From Oopsacas minuta (taxonomy: Eukaryota; Animalia; Porifera), in assembly GCA_024704765.1 (NCBI GenBank), contig JAKMXF010000222.1, forward strand, positions 1,492,400-1,556,399: 64,000 nucleotides of DNA, read 5' to 3'. Below the pieces are notes generated by a model that worked only from the letters and a program-made list of their open reading frames with translations, made no database searches and was not told where the DNA came from. The translations under genes were made by a program, and so were the position numbers. Of this stretch, positions 12,601 through 25,800 are shown in pieces; position 1 is the first letter of the stretch, and each line of letters begins with the position of its first letter.

Positions 12601-12698
12601 ATATTTCAATAATAAAGAAGTGTATAGAGTTGTTAATGGAGAAGCAGTACTTGGTGAGAGCTGAAGAAGATAAGACACTATACAGATACTGCGCTTAG
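9644..12698 (+). CDS. CUL2: Cullin-2, 6 exons, 743 aa
   Basis: Exons 9644-9897, 9966-10275, 10340-10749, 10857-11262, 11320-11469 and 11997-12698 join in frame at GT-AG sites (2232 nt). CUL2-type N-terminus WNDSFSDVYALC, cullin core KDIFLRFYSRNLANRL, and C-terminus DRKIFLQAAIVRIMKARK...IKKCIELLMEKQY. Confidence 0.95.
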
Positions 12699-12929
12699 TT
12701 ATTAACTTAACATTTTAATATTTTGCATAAATATCATATATCAAGCTGTGGAGATATTTGTATTTTGTAATTGACAAAGTTAGGTTCAGAAATTAGACTC
12801 TTGAATTATTCATGCATGACACAATATAGCTTATTATTTATATTAAATTAGTTTTTACTAAACAAATCAAAGAAGACTAGTGTGGGGAACTCTACACCTT
12901 ATATTTACTCACTGTATCTACAGGAGACT

Positions 12930-13138
12930 CTCGTTAACACGAACACGTCAACACGGTTAATACGAATTTCCGGGTAAGACGAACAAAAAATTCCATAAAA
13001 TCAGATCCCTACAATGGTTATTCAATTGATATTACTCAGGATAAGGCGAACAAATTTTGACCTTCTAGTGAGTGGTGTACGTATAACAAACAAACAATTA
13101 AACAAATAACAATCGTGATTTTATAATATAGAAGTTAC
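12930..13138 (-). mobile_element. Short non-autonomous Helitron-like repeat
   Basis: Ends in AAACAAACAATTAAACAAATAACAATCGTGATTTTATAATATAGA, similar to repeat ends near 39341 and 63816. The reverse complement begins TCTATATTATAAAA followed by TGTT microsatellite. Left boundary approximate. Confidence 0.45.
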
Positions 13139-13858
13139 ATGTTGACATATTGCAGCTGAATAAATGAAAAGGTATAGAATATACGCATAGGAACATCTCT
13201 GATGTCAGGTACACAACCAGAGGCCACTACGAGTATACATGCCTAATTTGGTTATCTCTAAAGGTGTGAACAGGAGAGTGAATACATAACAACCAAGCCC
13301 ACATTTTATTCCTGAGCCACTATACTATGGTATAGTTGGAACAGTAATTATGTACTAAATATGGAATTAATTACTACAATGCTGATGGAATCATATTAAT
13401 TTCTGCTAATTCATTACAATCTTAGAAATGTTATAAAATATGTATTCGTATTCTGATACAATTGAGTCACAGTTACTGTAATGTGAGACCAGTTACCAGT
13501 ATTTGGTATGTATTTGTAATTGCACGAATTAACTTAATTTCGTCGCGATTATTAGCTGTGCTTGGAAGTTATTTCTCTGTTACATAGGATTCCAGGTAAT
13601 ATTCTGGTAACACTATTTATTACATTATTCATGAGCCAGGATAATTATGTTAATCATTGATATTGCGGCTGATTACCAAAGATAGGCAAATATCTGAAAG
13701 AACTGCTCAGTGTTATTAATAAGCTAGCGTTCTATGCTCAATTAAACCCAAATTGAATTTTTCAGACTATTTGTAGGATTATCCTCCTTTTTAACAATTA
13801 GGATTGAAAACTGACTTTAACATTTCACACCCAAGATACGTTATTATAGGTTGATAAT

Positions 13859-16800
13859 ATGGAAGTTGACGATTTAGAACAACAACTTCTTTCCCAGTTC
13901 AGATCTCTAGCCACTAGCGATAGAGATGTATTGATTACACAATTTCAAAAACTAATTGACGGACAAATGACAGACAGAGGTTGTGAATTCTTTCTAGACA
14001 TGACAAATTGGTGAGTTTTAATTATTTGAATTTATTCTGATATCCTACCAGCTGTTATCCTTTATTCCTCGTATTTTATATTTAGGAATTTACAAGTGAG
14101 TTACATATATCTGGATAGTTACACATGTCTGAATAAGAATTCTATCAACTCTTGTTAGGCTGCTGCTTGTGCTTATTATGATTATCAAGGTCATAACCAG
14201 TCCCTACCTGAAATGTCCCTTGTTGAAGATGTCACGATAGGAGAAGGAGAGTCTATAACTCCCAGTACACCATTCTCTAAAGTTTGGAGATTACAAAACA
14301 GAGGTTAGTTTATTCTGAGACATCAAATAATTTCAGAATTATTACGAATACATTTAATAACATTATTTTCTAGGTTGTGAAGCCTGGCCTCCAGGCTGCA
14401 GTATCAATTTTTGTTTAGGCCACAAATTCGGTGGAATAGATTACTTACCACTGCCTACCCTTGAGCCCTTAGAAGTGACAGAAGTGAGGGTATGTATGGT
14501 TTCTCCGCCGGAGTCAGGTATATTCAGTGGTCAATGGAGGATGAAGACTGCTGCTGGAAATATATGTGGAGGTTTGTGATTGTATTTGTATATTTTGTTG
14601 ATATTTCGTTGTTAGTGATTAATTTTTATATATTTTAACCGAGAAATCTGCAAGTAATCGCGAAAGGGGCCCTTGGCTCCTCTGAAAAGTGCCCGTTAGT
14701 GAGCTTGTATCCCTATATACTGCTCTAATGACAATAGTGTTTGATCTGGAAATTGTCTAAAGGACTCAGAGTTGGAAACGTGTTGTATAATTCCTCTAAT
14801 ATTAAGTTTATTTATTAGCATAGAATGCTTAATGAAATATGCTATTATCTGAGAATATTAAACCCACAGAAAAGATCACTAATGAAGGTCGGAAAATCAG
14901 GAGTGCAGCTCGAGCTCTCCATATTCCACCCAGTTACCCTGATTAGCTGTTAGAATATAATTCTCTATCATCTTTGTAATATCACCACAAATGTTTGCAG
15001 ATATAGATCTGAAATGTGGTTATATCAAATAGATCCTACAGCTACAACACATAACAGATTACCCTGACTAGCAATCAATGTGATAAATATATCTACTGAC
15101 TGCAGTCGACATCTTGTATGAGTTGTATCTCTAACCCTCTGAGGAAATCTAATCTGTATTAATGGTGTAACTTTGAGGGTGATCACGTTAGAGATAGCAA
15201 ACATTGTTTCGATGCAAATATTGTCACCTTTGTTATGTGAGTATTACAATGCTCTATCTTAATATATGCTATAATCCTTGCTCTTTGCTCTAAATAGATC
15301 TAACTTTATGGAGACTAATGAGTTTCTGCAAACTTTCCTTCCAATACTACTAGCTAGTGTTCATGGTTGAATATTTGTCCACTGTCACGATTTTAGAATA
15401 AACGGCCTTGATCTTGATTTCATTTTCAAAATATTATACAATGTTCTTGATATGTGTATATCGCACCTGTCTTAATAGGTAACATGTGTTACGATAGTAT
15501 TATACCAGTTCTATGTAGATAGAAAATTGTATAGTTCAATATAGTACGTATAGTTTACTATAGCCTTTTGGCTATTGTTGACAGAATAATAGATTCTTCC
15601 GGGAGCCGCACATTAACGTACAAGCAGGATTAGAGAATATGATCAAATATGAATATATAACTGAATACCCCGCACTATGTTGATGTAAAAATATAACTAG
15701 ACGACAAAAGGTGTGAAATGTTATGTTTACATACATTGGCGTAATCCGTTCGAAAAAGTGGGGGGATGATGTATTATGCTATAATTATCAATAAAGGTAT
15801 AAATTCAAGATTTAGTAATTGTGGTGTCAGAAGTACACAAGGCTATCTACAACTCCTTGAAAAGACTTGAAAAGAAGTCAGATATTTTGATACGTTTCTG
15901 CTTAAATGCCATAGAAAACGATTATAAAATTATAATTATATTTAATATTTTAGTTCTGTTACAAATACTCTAATTATAGAATTCTATTGACATAATTATG
16001 ACAAAGATTTGCTTTAAAAGTCTTCGGAATATACTCCTTTAGAGTATCCTCTGACCCAAATGGGGGGGGGATATATGTATGCAGCATTCCCCCGCCCAAA
16101 AAGCGGGGGGATGATTGTATGGAGCATCCCCCGGGATTTACGCCCATGTTTACATATGTACTCCCGAAAATGTATATATGTTCCGTTTTTCATATATTTA
16201 AAGTACTTAGCGCATGCGCTGAATTAATGGCATAGTACTTTAGTATAATAGATACACATTTGTAAGTAATTATTATTTATCAGTTAATGTTTACATTTTA
16301 TGTTCTGTTAGCACCAGAGAATTTGATATTTGGAACTTCTACTCGGGTTTCAACTCGATGACTAACTGAAATCTAGCTTATTGAAGTATGATAATTATAA
16401 TTAATAAACATCTCAATGCACAGTGGTATAATCCTAGACATCCCTTTTCAAACAGTCATTTCAAAAAATTCAGAGACATTAGTGGATTAGTTTAGGGTTG
16501 AATTTCTAATTAGACATGTTTCTTGGGATATCTTATGATCCAGTGACACACTTAACATATATACAAACATTTCTTGTTTCAAATAAAGCTAAAGTCACCA
16601 AATGCCTAAAATTACTTAAGGGAACGCTAAAGAGTATCTTTTTACAGCTGTGAGAATGTGGGGATCGTTTTCACCTGGAGAAGTTTGGTAAGCATTATGG
16701 TAAAGAGCCTTTCAAAGAGGTTATTAATGCTCATCGAGGGTAAATTGAAAGATCATTGATCGCTTCTTTCAATTCTACGAATAGGACACCTCTTGAACCT

Positions 16801-19800
16801 ACCCTGCCAGCTCTACAGCTCATCAGATGTTGCTGAACCAGATTTAGCTAATTTGCTTAACTCTAACATCGACCCCGCCGATTTTACAATGGAAAAATTA
16901 CGCAAAGTACTTAACTTTGCATTGAGATGTTATTTTGATGTTTATTAACTATCATACGTCAACAAGCTAGATGTCAGTTAGTCATCGAGTTGAAACCGAG
17001 TAGAAGTTCCAAATATCAAATTCTCTGGTGCTAACAGAACATAAAATGTAAACATTAACTGATAAATAATAATTATATAATAATCCAAAAAATGGCTGAA
17101 TTAATTAATAATTACTTACAAATGTGTATCTATTATACTAAATTACTATGCCATTAATTTAATTTCACCGCATTCGCTGAGTACTTTTAAATACCGCCGT
17201 TTTTTATGTTAATTGGACTGCGACTGGTAGATTTCGCACGGCCATGCAGGCTGACTGACGGACGTACAGACTTCGCACATAACCCATGCAATGTAACTTC
17301 TCCCTATAGGAGCTGTAATATAGTATTAATTTCCACCTTATTGATATCATATTTTTCTGACATGAATATGCATGGTGTAATTGATATCCAATTATCCATA
17401 CATACTTACAATCTACCACGTTAGCTATTTGCTCTTGTGTTATAGAGAATTGGATACTCCCATTCCGCATAACTGAGTATCCATTTGGCGTTAAATCCAT
17501 AAGGTGGAGAATATTATACTCCCAGCAAAATTTGAGTATATAAATGTGTGTTAGGCATACACATCTTTAAGTACTTATATGTGTATAGCTACCCTTTTAA
17601 ATTCCACTAAAAAGTTAAATGGCTCTTTTCATTGTCATCTATGCGATATCTTGCATCATCTGCTTTGCGTATAGTATTCCCATACCTGCGGATTCTACCA
17701 CCACCAACTCTTGGCTAGATGGCACTACCAAAGAATTATTGTTTAATTTTATAACATCTTTACATGAGGGAGTATATCCTCATTATCAGTTGAATTATTC
17801 TCTTGAGTGTGATGCCTGTATAAAGATTGTTGATTATATAATTGCTGATGCGTCTAGCAGAAAAGTATTTAATGACGACCTCCTTAATTTCATGACTAGT
17901 ACTTGTATCGAAATATTGAGTATAAAAGAATATAATGGTAAAGCAATGTGTCCTAACATTACAAAGTTCTACGGTCCAATCCTATGGTATAGTATTGTGA
18001 ATAGTGAGTTTTCTGGTGAAAATATTTGTCAGCATTTGTATCTTTGTCCTAAAAAAAAAGAGAAAGATACTCCATGGATTCCACAAACTCCTCCTGAACC
18101 AAGTTACCGAATAACAAATCCGAACTCTCCAATATTGCCCAAGTCGAATACTGATGACGCTTCAATAATTAAGTTCTTACACATTTCAGATTTCCATTTA
18201 GACCTGGAATTTAAACAGGGTGCTCCCTCTACCTGTGATTTCTTCTTGTGCTGTCATGCCTCAATGACAGGTAGCAATCCTGCTGGAAAATATGGAGCAT
18301 ATGGATGTGATCTGCCAATGACAACAGCTAATCTTGTGTTGAACCGTTTGGGAACGCTGCCAGGTATCGATTTCGTTGTCTATGGAGGTGATAACCCGCC
18401 TCACGATATGTGGGCGGAGACTGAAGAGAGTCAAATGGTTGTAGAGGCTCTTGTGATAAAAATGTTCAAAGAAAACTTCCCAAACACATCCATCTATCCT
18501 GTTCTTGGTAATCACGAGTCCTATCCTGAGAGTGAATACCTGCAATCTCTCTACATGAATCAGACTGAAGCGCTGGCACGTATGTGGAGCACTTGGGCTC
18601 ACTTCCCTGATAGTGCGATTAAGTCAATGGGTCACGGAGGATACTATAGTGTAATTATTAAACCTAAACTCAGACTAATAGCTTATAACTCAGATTACGG
18701 ATATCTCTTTAACTTCTACGCTCTGCTCAATCACAAGAACCCTGCTTACGAAGAGCACACTAAATGGCTACATAATACACTAACATATGCTAAGAATAAT
18801 GGAGAGAAGGTGCTCTTGGTGGCACATGTTCCTCCTGGTATTGGTACAACTTCTGCTGAATATGGAGAATGGTTCATCAATGCTACTAAACCATTTTCTG
18901 ATATTATCGTTGGACAGTTATTTGGTCACACCCATCAAGATCATTTCAAAGTTGTCCAACAGAATGGGAAGCCTTTTGGATCTATATTGATTACTCCCTC
19001 AATCACAACATTCGCGCATCAGAATCCGTCTTTTAGAATTTACTCTATGGATCCAACAACCTACGAAATTCTAGATTACGAACAGTATTTCTTGAACCTT
19101 ACAAAAGCTAATGTTATTGCGAAGGAAGGCAAAACACCACAATTTGAACTAAACTATTCTGCTAAGAAATTGTATGGAATGAAAGATCTCAGTCCTGATT
19201 CATGGTGGAGTCTTGTTAATCGATTCAAAACAAATTCTACACTACTCCTAAAATATGTTGACAATGTGTATGCTAGGAGTAAAGTACCATCTTGTGATGC
19301 CAATTGTAAGAAGATGACAATTTGTGAATGTGAGTACACAAATTATCTTGATGCGGAGGAATGCTCTTTTAATTAGACCCCTTGCGTAACCTGGTTAGAC
19401 TGATTAGATATATCATTGATTTAATAACCAGAATGACTAATCGTTTCATTTATCAAACTTATACGTGATTATATGTGTGAACTATTATGTGTACAAATTA
19501 TCCGAATTAACACATTTGTAATATACTATAGTATTGAACAATATCGTGTCTAATAATACTCTTCTGTTATGTAGTAATAGTAATCAGGGCCAGTGTGCCG
19601 AACTTAATAAAAACTTGAACGATCCAGGGGAGCTAAGAAATGGTTCGACGCATATGTTAGTTTCAGTATTCTACTATAACTATTGAAAAGTATATAAACC
19701 CCTGCTGGCCTATTTCAGCTTTTTATCCTGTATGATCTTTCCTTTTGACTAGAAAACTAACGAATATACAAAAGCAAACAAACACAAAACACACCTTCAT

Positions 19801-22800
19801 TGGGTATTTATAGTAGGATTTTAATTTAATTAGTAAAATCTTACAATACAAACATAAATCTTACAATACAAACATACATCTTACAATACAAACATACATC
19901 TTACAATACAAACATAAATCTTACAATACAAACATACATCTTACAATACAAACATACATCTTACAATACAAACATACATCTTACAATACAAACATACATC
20001 TTACAATACAAACATACATCTTACAATACAAACATACATCTTACAATACAAACATACATCTTACAATACAAACATACATCTTACAATACAAACATACATC
20101 TTACAATACAAACATACATCTTACAATACAAACATACATCTTACAATACAAACATACATCTTACATAAACAATTAATACATTTTATGAAACCTACTTTGA
20201 ATAAATAAATTAGCTATCCATCATGCCCAAAATTCGTAGGACCAAAAAACGACCTCCTGAAGGATGGGAACTGATCGAACCCACGCTGGACGAGCTGGAT
20301 AAGAAAATGCAAGACGCAGAGATGGACCCTCACGAGGGAAAGAGAAAGTGTGAATCTCTCTGGCCGATTCTTAAAGTTCATCACCAGAAATCACGCTATT
20401 TATATGATTTGTACTTCCGCCGTAGAGCAATCTCTCGGGAACTCTATGATTACTGCATAGCCCAGGGATACGCAGATGCGAACCTAATCGCAAAATGGAA
20501 GAAACCTGGCTACGAGAATCTCTGTTGCCTTAAATGTATCCAAGCAAGAGACACAAACTTCGGCACTGCATGTATATGCCGTGTCCCTAAGAGCAAGCTA
20601 GAAGAAGGAAAGATAGTCGAGTGCATTAGTTGTGGTTGTAGAGGTTGTTCAGGCTGAATACTCTACTCTATTGGATGGAATTCCAATTTATTTCATTTGA
20701 CTTCTATTTGTGCTACTATTAACTTCTCATTAAACAAACTTCCTTACTAAAATACCTTTTAATTCATTGGCCCAAAGTTGGGAAGGGAGGCCCGATCAAC
20801 TCTAATCTATATTATTAAATTGCTATTGTTGTCTGTTTGTCCGTTGTCAAGGAAAGGATTTATGGAATGTTGTATCGAATTCGTATTTATCAATTCTGAG
20901 ATGTCGCATACTTTTGTATTTATCGTGTTTATCAAGAAAGTAAAACATTCAATAAAATTGAGTAAATGTATCGAATATGCTAAATCCAAATTTTACACTT
21001 TTGAATTATTCACATGTAATGGGAATGCATTAGTAATCAGCTGTTTATTCTTGTATGTACTATTCGTATAATCTCATACAATTATGTATTTGTGATAAAC
21101 CTGATTACACATCAACTTTCATATTTACAGAGAATTTTTGCTAGAAGTTGAGTTCTCTCAAACAATTTATGTTTCTGGTCAAGTATCGCTTCCTCTAGCA
21201 TTTTTGCCTCACTTATCAGCTGATCCAATCTCTGTAGACATAGTTCTTCAAACTCCTCCCCCTCAGTTAAGAATTCACTCCATTTATGAATTATTTCCCT
21301 CGAGCTCTCTTCCACTGATCGTATCACTGTTTCTACTTTTTTCCTTAGAATAGCAGGGTCTATTTGTATCGTTTCTTCTTCTGTTTGGACTATTTCACCT
21401 GAAGTAATGTCATAATTCACCGATCCCATCTCCCCACCTGTACCGGTTAATACATTTTGATCGTCTATGGGTTGATCCCCGTTACTTAGCGTTAACTCAG
21501 GCTCTCCATTCGGATCAACTATGATATTCTCCGCCATAATAATCACGTATAATTTCAGAGAGCACTATTTCTCTTTTATTTATTATCAGAGAATTATTCT
21601 ATAATGAAAGCCAGATTGTACAATTTTGTTATTTTACAATTGAGATTTTTGACAAATTATTAATTGTGAGATATTTGCTATTCCTAGTTGGTCACCTAAA
21701 TTCGTCCATTTACAAATATCTGGGCGTGAACTATGTAATACACGATCTGGGTTTATTAATTAGGACACTATCAATCAGTACCGGATTTAAGAGTTTTCGG
21801 AGTGTGCGGCCGAACAGGGCCCCCACAACTCAACGTCATTAATTTTATTCAGACTGTAATTCTACTTTAATCACTATAAATCTTATGCTAGAAACCTTTG
21901 AGTTGTCCACATCAAATTCCAACCTGATTAATGATTTTGCGACCAGGAAAGCACGCTGATCTTATAGAGTAATTATAGTTATTATGTTCATGATATATTT
22001 TGTGTAACTAAATAATGAGAGGACAAGTCCTGCCACGCTGCCACTGGGCGAAATAGGCCTTCAGCTAGGGGGTACTAGTTATAGGGTTGAATTTTACATA
22101 TGCAAAATTTGAATACAATAAATACAAGCATTCTAAATTAAGGAATGGGGACAGGTGGCCGAACCGTGACGGCTTTGAATTGGCTTCAGGGCCCCGGGAA
22201 TTGCTTTCGAACAGGGCCCCACATACCTAAATCCGGCACTGCTATCAATATAAACTTACTTATCCTCAGCATGGTGCATACGTACACGAAACAACTATGT
22301 TACACAACTGTTGCATGCAGAGAGCGTTTTAAAGGTTCGATACTATCTATCAGAAATGTATTTGATGATGTGGGATTTTGATCGAGAAATATCCTTATTT
22401 AATATCCTAATTTGTTTTTATAAATTTACATACATACTCCAGTTATCAAGCAAAGCAATGCATAGTCAGGTTGAAATATAGTTGCGTTTACAAAGGACGC
22501 ATTAATTATCCCAGTATATTTATTGGGAATTATTGAATTGGGTTATCCAATATTATCCTAGATACGTATCCGTATTACAACTTGACCTTCAATACTAACA
22601 CGAATTCCTATCTACTTATGTTGCAATATGCAACTGGTGAATGAAGTATAATAAGTTGCAGTCATTGCTAGAGAAATACTGAGTATCCTAGAGGGGGACA
22701 TGATAAAACAAATGTGAAACAGATTCTCCATTGTGTATCCGTCTGATAGCTTCTGCTAGCATTTTACTGATGTCAATAACCTTTATTTTGCTAGACGTCT

Positions 22801-25800
22801 TTATATTGTGCATCTGAGCTATACTGTTAGTAGCCACGAACTCTTCCAGTTTAGACTCACTAATCTTCTTTAGTGAGTCCCCGGAGAATATACCATGTAC
22901 CACGATAGCATAAACCTTAGAAGCCCCAGACTCTAATAGCTTGTTCCCTGCTTTCAACATAGTACCACAAGTATCTGCTATGTCATCTACAAGTATAGAT
23001 ATCCTCTCTTTCACATCACCCACAAGTACCATTCGTGATACTTCATTAGCTTTCACTCGCTCTTTGTGGATCAAAGCGAAACCAATTTGTAACTTGTCTG
23101 CCAGAGATGTCACTCTCTTTGCTCCCCCCGCGTCAGGTGACACTACCACTGCGTTTTTCCAATCTGGTATGTTATCGCGAATGTATTTGATTATCATTGG
23201 TTCAGCATAGAGGTTGTCTACTGGAATATCGAAAAAGCCTTGAATCTGTGAGGCATGTAAATCCATTGTGATAATGTGGTCTGCTCCCGCTACTGATAAC
23301 ATGTTAGCCACGAGCTTAGCTGTGATGGGAGCTCTGCTCTTATCCTTCTTGTCTTGTCGGGCATATGGGTAGCAGGGAATAACTGCTACTACTCTCTGAG
23401 CTGAAGCTATTTTGCACGCGCTTATCATTATCAACATCTCCATCAAGTTGTCATTGACATCTCCTGCTCCACTCTGTACGATGTACACATCTTCTCCTCT
23501 TACAGACTCTCCTATCTCGACACAGGTTTCCTGATTAGCAAATTTGGAGAGTGAAACTTTCCCGAGATTGAGAGACAAATTCTCAACAATATCCCTCGCG
23601 AGGTTAGGGTTGGAGCTGCCACTGAACACTTTGATATTCATCCTGTCGAAACGGCTTTTGTAACACGTAGCTGAAGTAAATTACTAAATGGTTTGTAGTG
23701 TACAATTGACTGCATACAATTTATCGTACTAAGGGTTTATAATATACGAGATTTCACCTGTGCTCTGTAGTTACACAACCTTAGTTACGATCCTTTATTT
23801 TACGATTTCTATGAGAATCATTTGGTAGTCATGCGTTAGATGTGGGTCGAATCTATTTTATGGTATAATCATTATTTATTGTATAGAATAGATTATGGGT
23901 ATGTAATCACCTGATGTTTTATTGATTATTCAGTTCTTACTTTTACTTGAATCGTTTTTAAAGAAATTCATGCTCTGACTAATTTCCTGTTTACTTTACT
24001 TGTTAGTAGGCTGTTATGTATATTTTGAGATACTTGTATTAAGTAATACCATGGACACACATATCGTAGTATTTGGAGGAGATATAGAATTCTGAGATTA
24101 TAGAATTCTTGAGGAGAGTATAGAATTCTGAGATTATAGAATTCTTGAGGAGAGTATAGAATTCTGAGATTATAGAATTCTGAGATTATAGAATTCTTGA
24201 GGAGAGTATAGAATTCTGAGATTATAGAATTCTGAGATTATAGAATTCTGAGATTATAGAATTCTTGATAATTCAAAATACTTTTAATTTTTTATTTGTT
24301 TTCTAAAATTTTTTCTCTATTTTAAATTCACGTTATATTATGTATATTTTATCTATATATTGTATACTTACATGTTTGTTTGAATATTTTATTTTATGTA
24401 CTTTGTATTTATTTATTTTAATTCAGAAATTTTGTTTAATTAAGACACAATTAGTTTAGAGAGAAAGAGATGTTTTTATGTTTACAACGATGGATCGTTT
24501 AATATACTAACGTTTCATGTTTACTTGCACACTCCCTGAAACTCTTATTAACTTTATTAAAATCAATAGAATGTTATTCAGTTATTTTGTGAACCAAAAG
24601 TGAGTGAATAATTATCACTTTGTATACTGTATTTAATATAGGTGAAATATTGTAATCTGTAAGGCACATTACATCTCTAGAGTATAGATAGTTGAGTATT
24701 ACAATGAACTACATGTACAATTTGTGTTACATACTTAAATCTCAGAATTCTATACTCTCCTCAAAAATACTACGATATGAGTGTCCATGGTATTACTTAA
24801 TACAAGAATCTTAAAATACTGCGCAACAGGCCTTTGTTTATCCGAACAACAAAGGGGAACGCGGAATTTGACCCAAAACTTTCACGCGATAATGTGAGAG
24901 GTGAAGGAATTTCTATCTAGTTAGTTACTAGCATGTCGTTACGTTTTGTATTTGTGCATTCGGATTAGTGTCTATCTTGACCTGTCCTTTTTCGGGGAGC
25001 TTTCTGCTACTCCTGGTGTTGGATGGCGTATTTGAAGCGATATTCTGGTAAGGGAAAGAATTTTGATGGAATTAATTAAGATTCATATTTAGGAATTTGG
25101 GTCAGAATATTCAGTATTAAATTTTTTGTATAATTCCTACATCACTTATTTTTGAGTCAAAATCCGATTTTGGGTTTAATTCCGATATTTTTGGGCCTAA
25201 TTCCAGCATCTCCAACAAAGCTACAACATTTGTCAAATGGCTAAAATGTGAAAAAAGAGCTATTGCATGAATATTACTGCAGATTATATATAATTCAATG
25301 TTACACCTGTTTACATGATTCTCATCGTTTATAGTTTCATAAATCTATACGTACTCTCTTATCCTATGATATTATTATTGCTATTCACCAATCCGAACAC
25401 TATGATCTTTAATTGGTACATGGCTGTTCGAGTGTCTAATAAAGTGAATAGGTTAATTCATTTAAGTTTATTTTTCATATTTCATCAGTATGTAACCAGT
25501 ACCCCTGTATGCCATAACATATATATATATATATATACATTTTAGATACCATCTGGGTGATAATCTCTGTAGAGGTAAATGGTATTCTAGGTGTAACTCA
25601 GCAGATGAACGCATTACCTATTGGACAAAAAATTACACCGAATTCTCAGAGAAACCCATTTGCACCTCCAACCAGCCAAAATATACAAAGTGAGTACAAT
25701 CTCTTAAATATTTTCTTTTATTTAAAGATTAGTAGTACAGCATGATTGATTCCACCCTAAAATATAATTCGTCACTATTACATAGCACTTCCTATTTGTA

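Noticed and set aside
14820-15480. Coding-like degenerate stretch in ILRUN intron 4
   Set aside because: Frequent stops in all frames examined; no family recognisable by eye.
19837-20165. Possible CRISPR array
   Set aside because: Contiguous tandem units without unique spacers, no cas genes, eukaryotic context.
25557-25745. Stand-alone 62-aa ORF
   Set aside because: It is ILRUN exon 5 plus intron read-through, not a separate gene.
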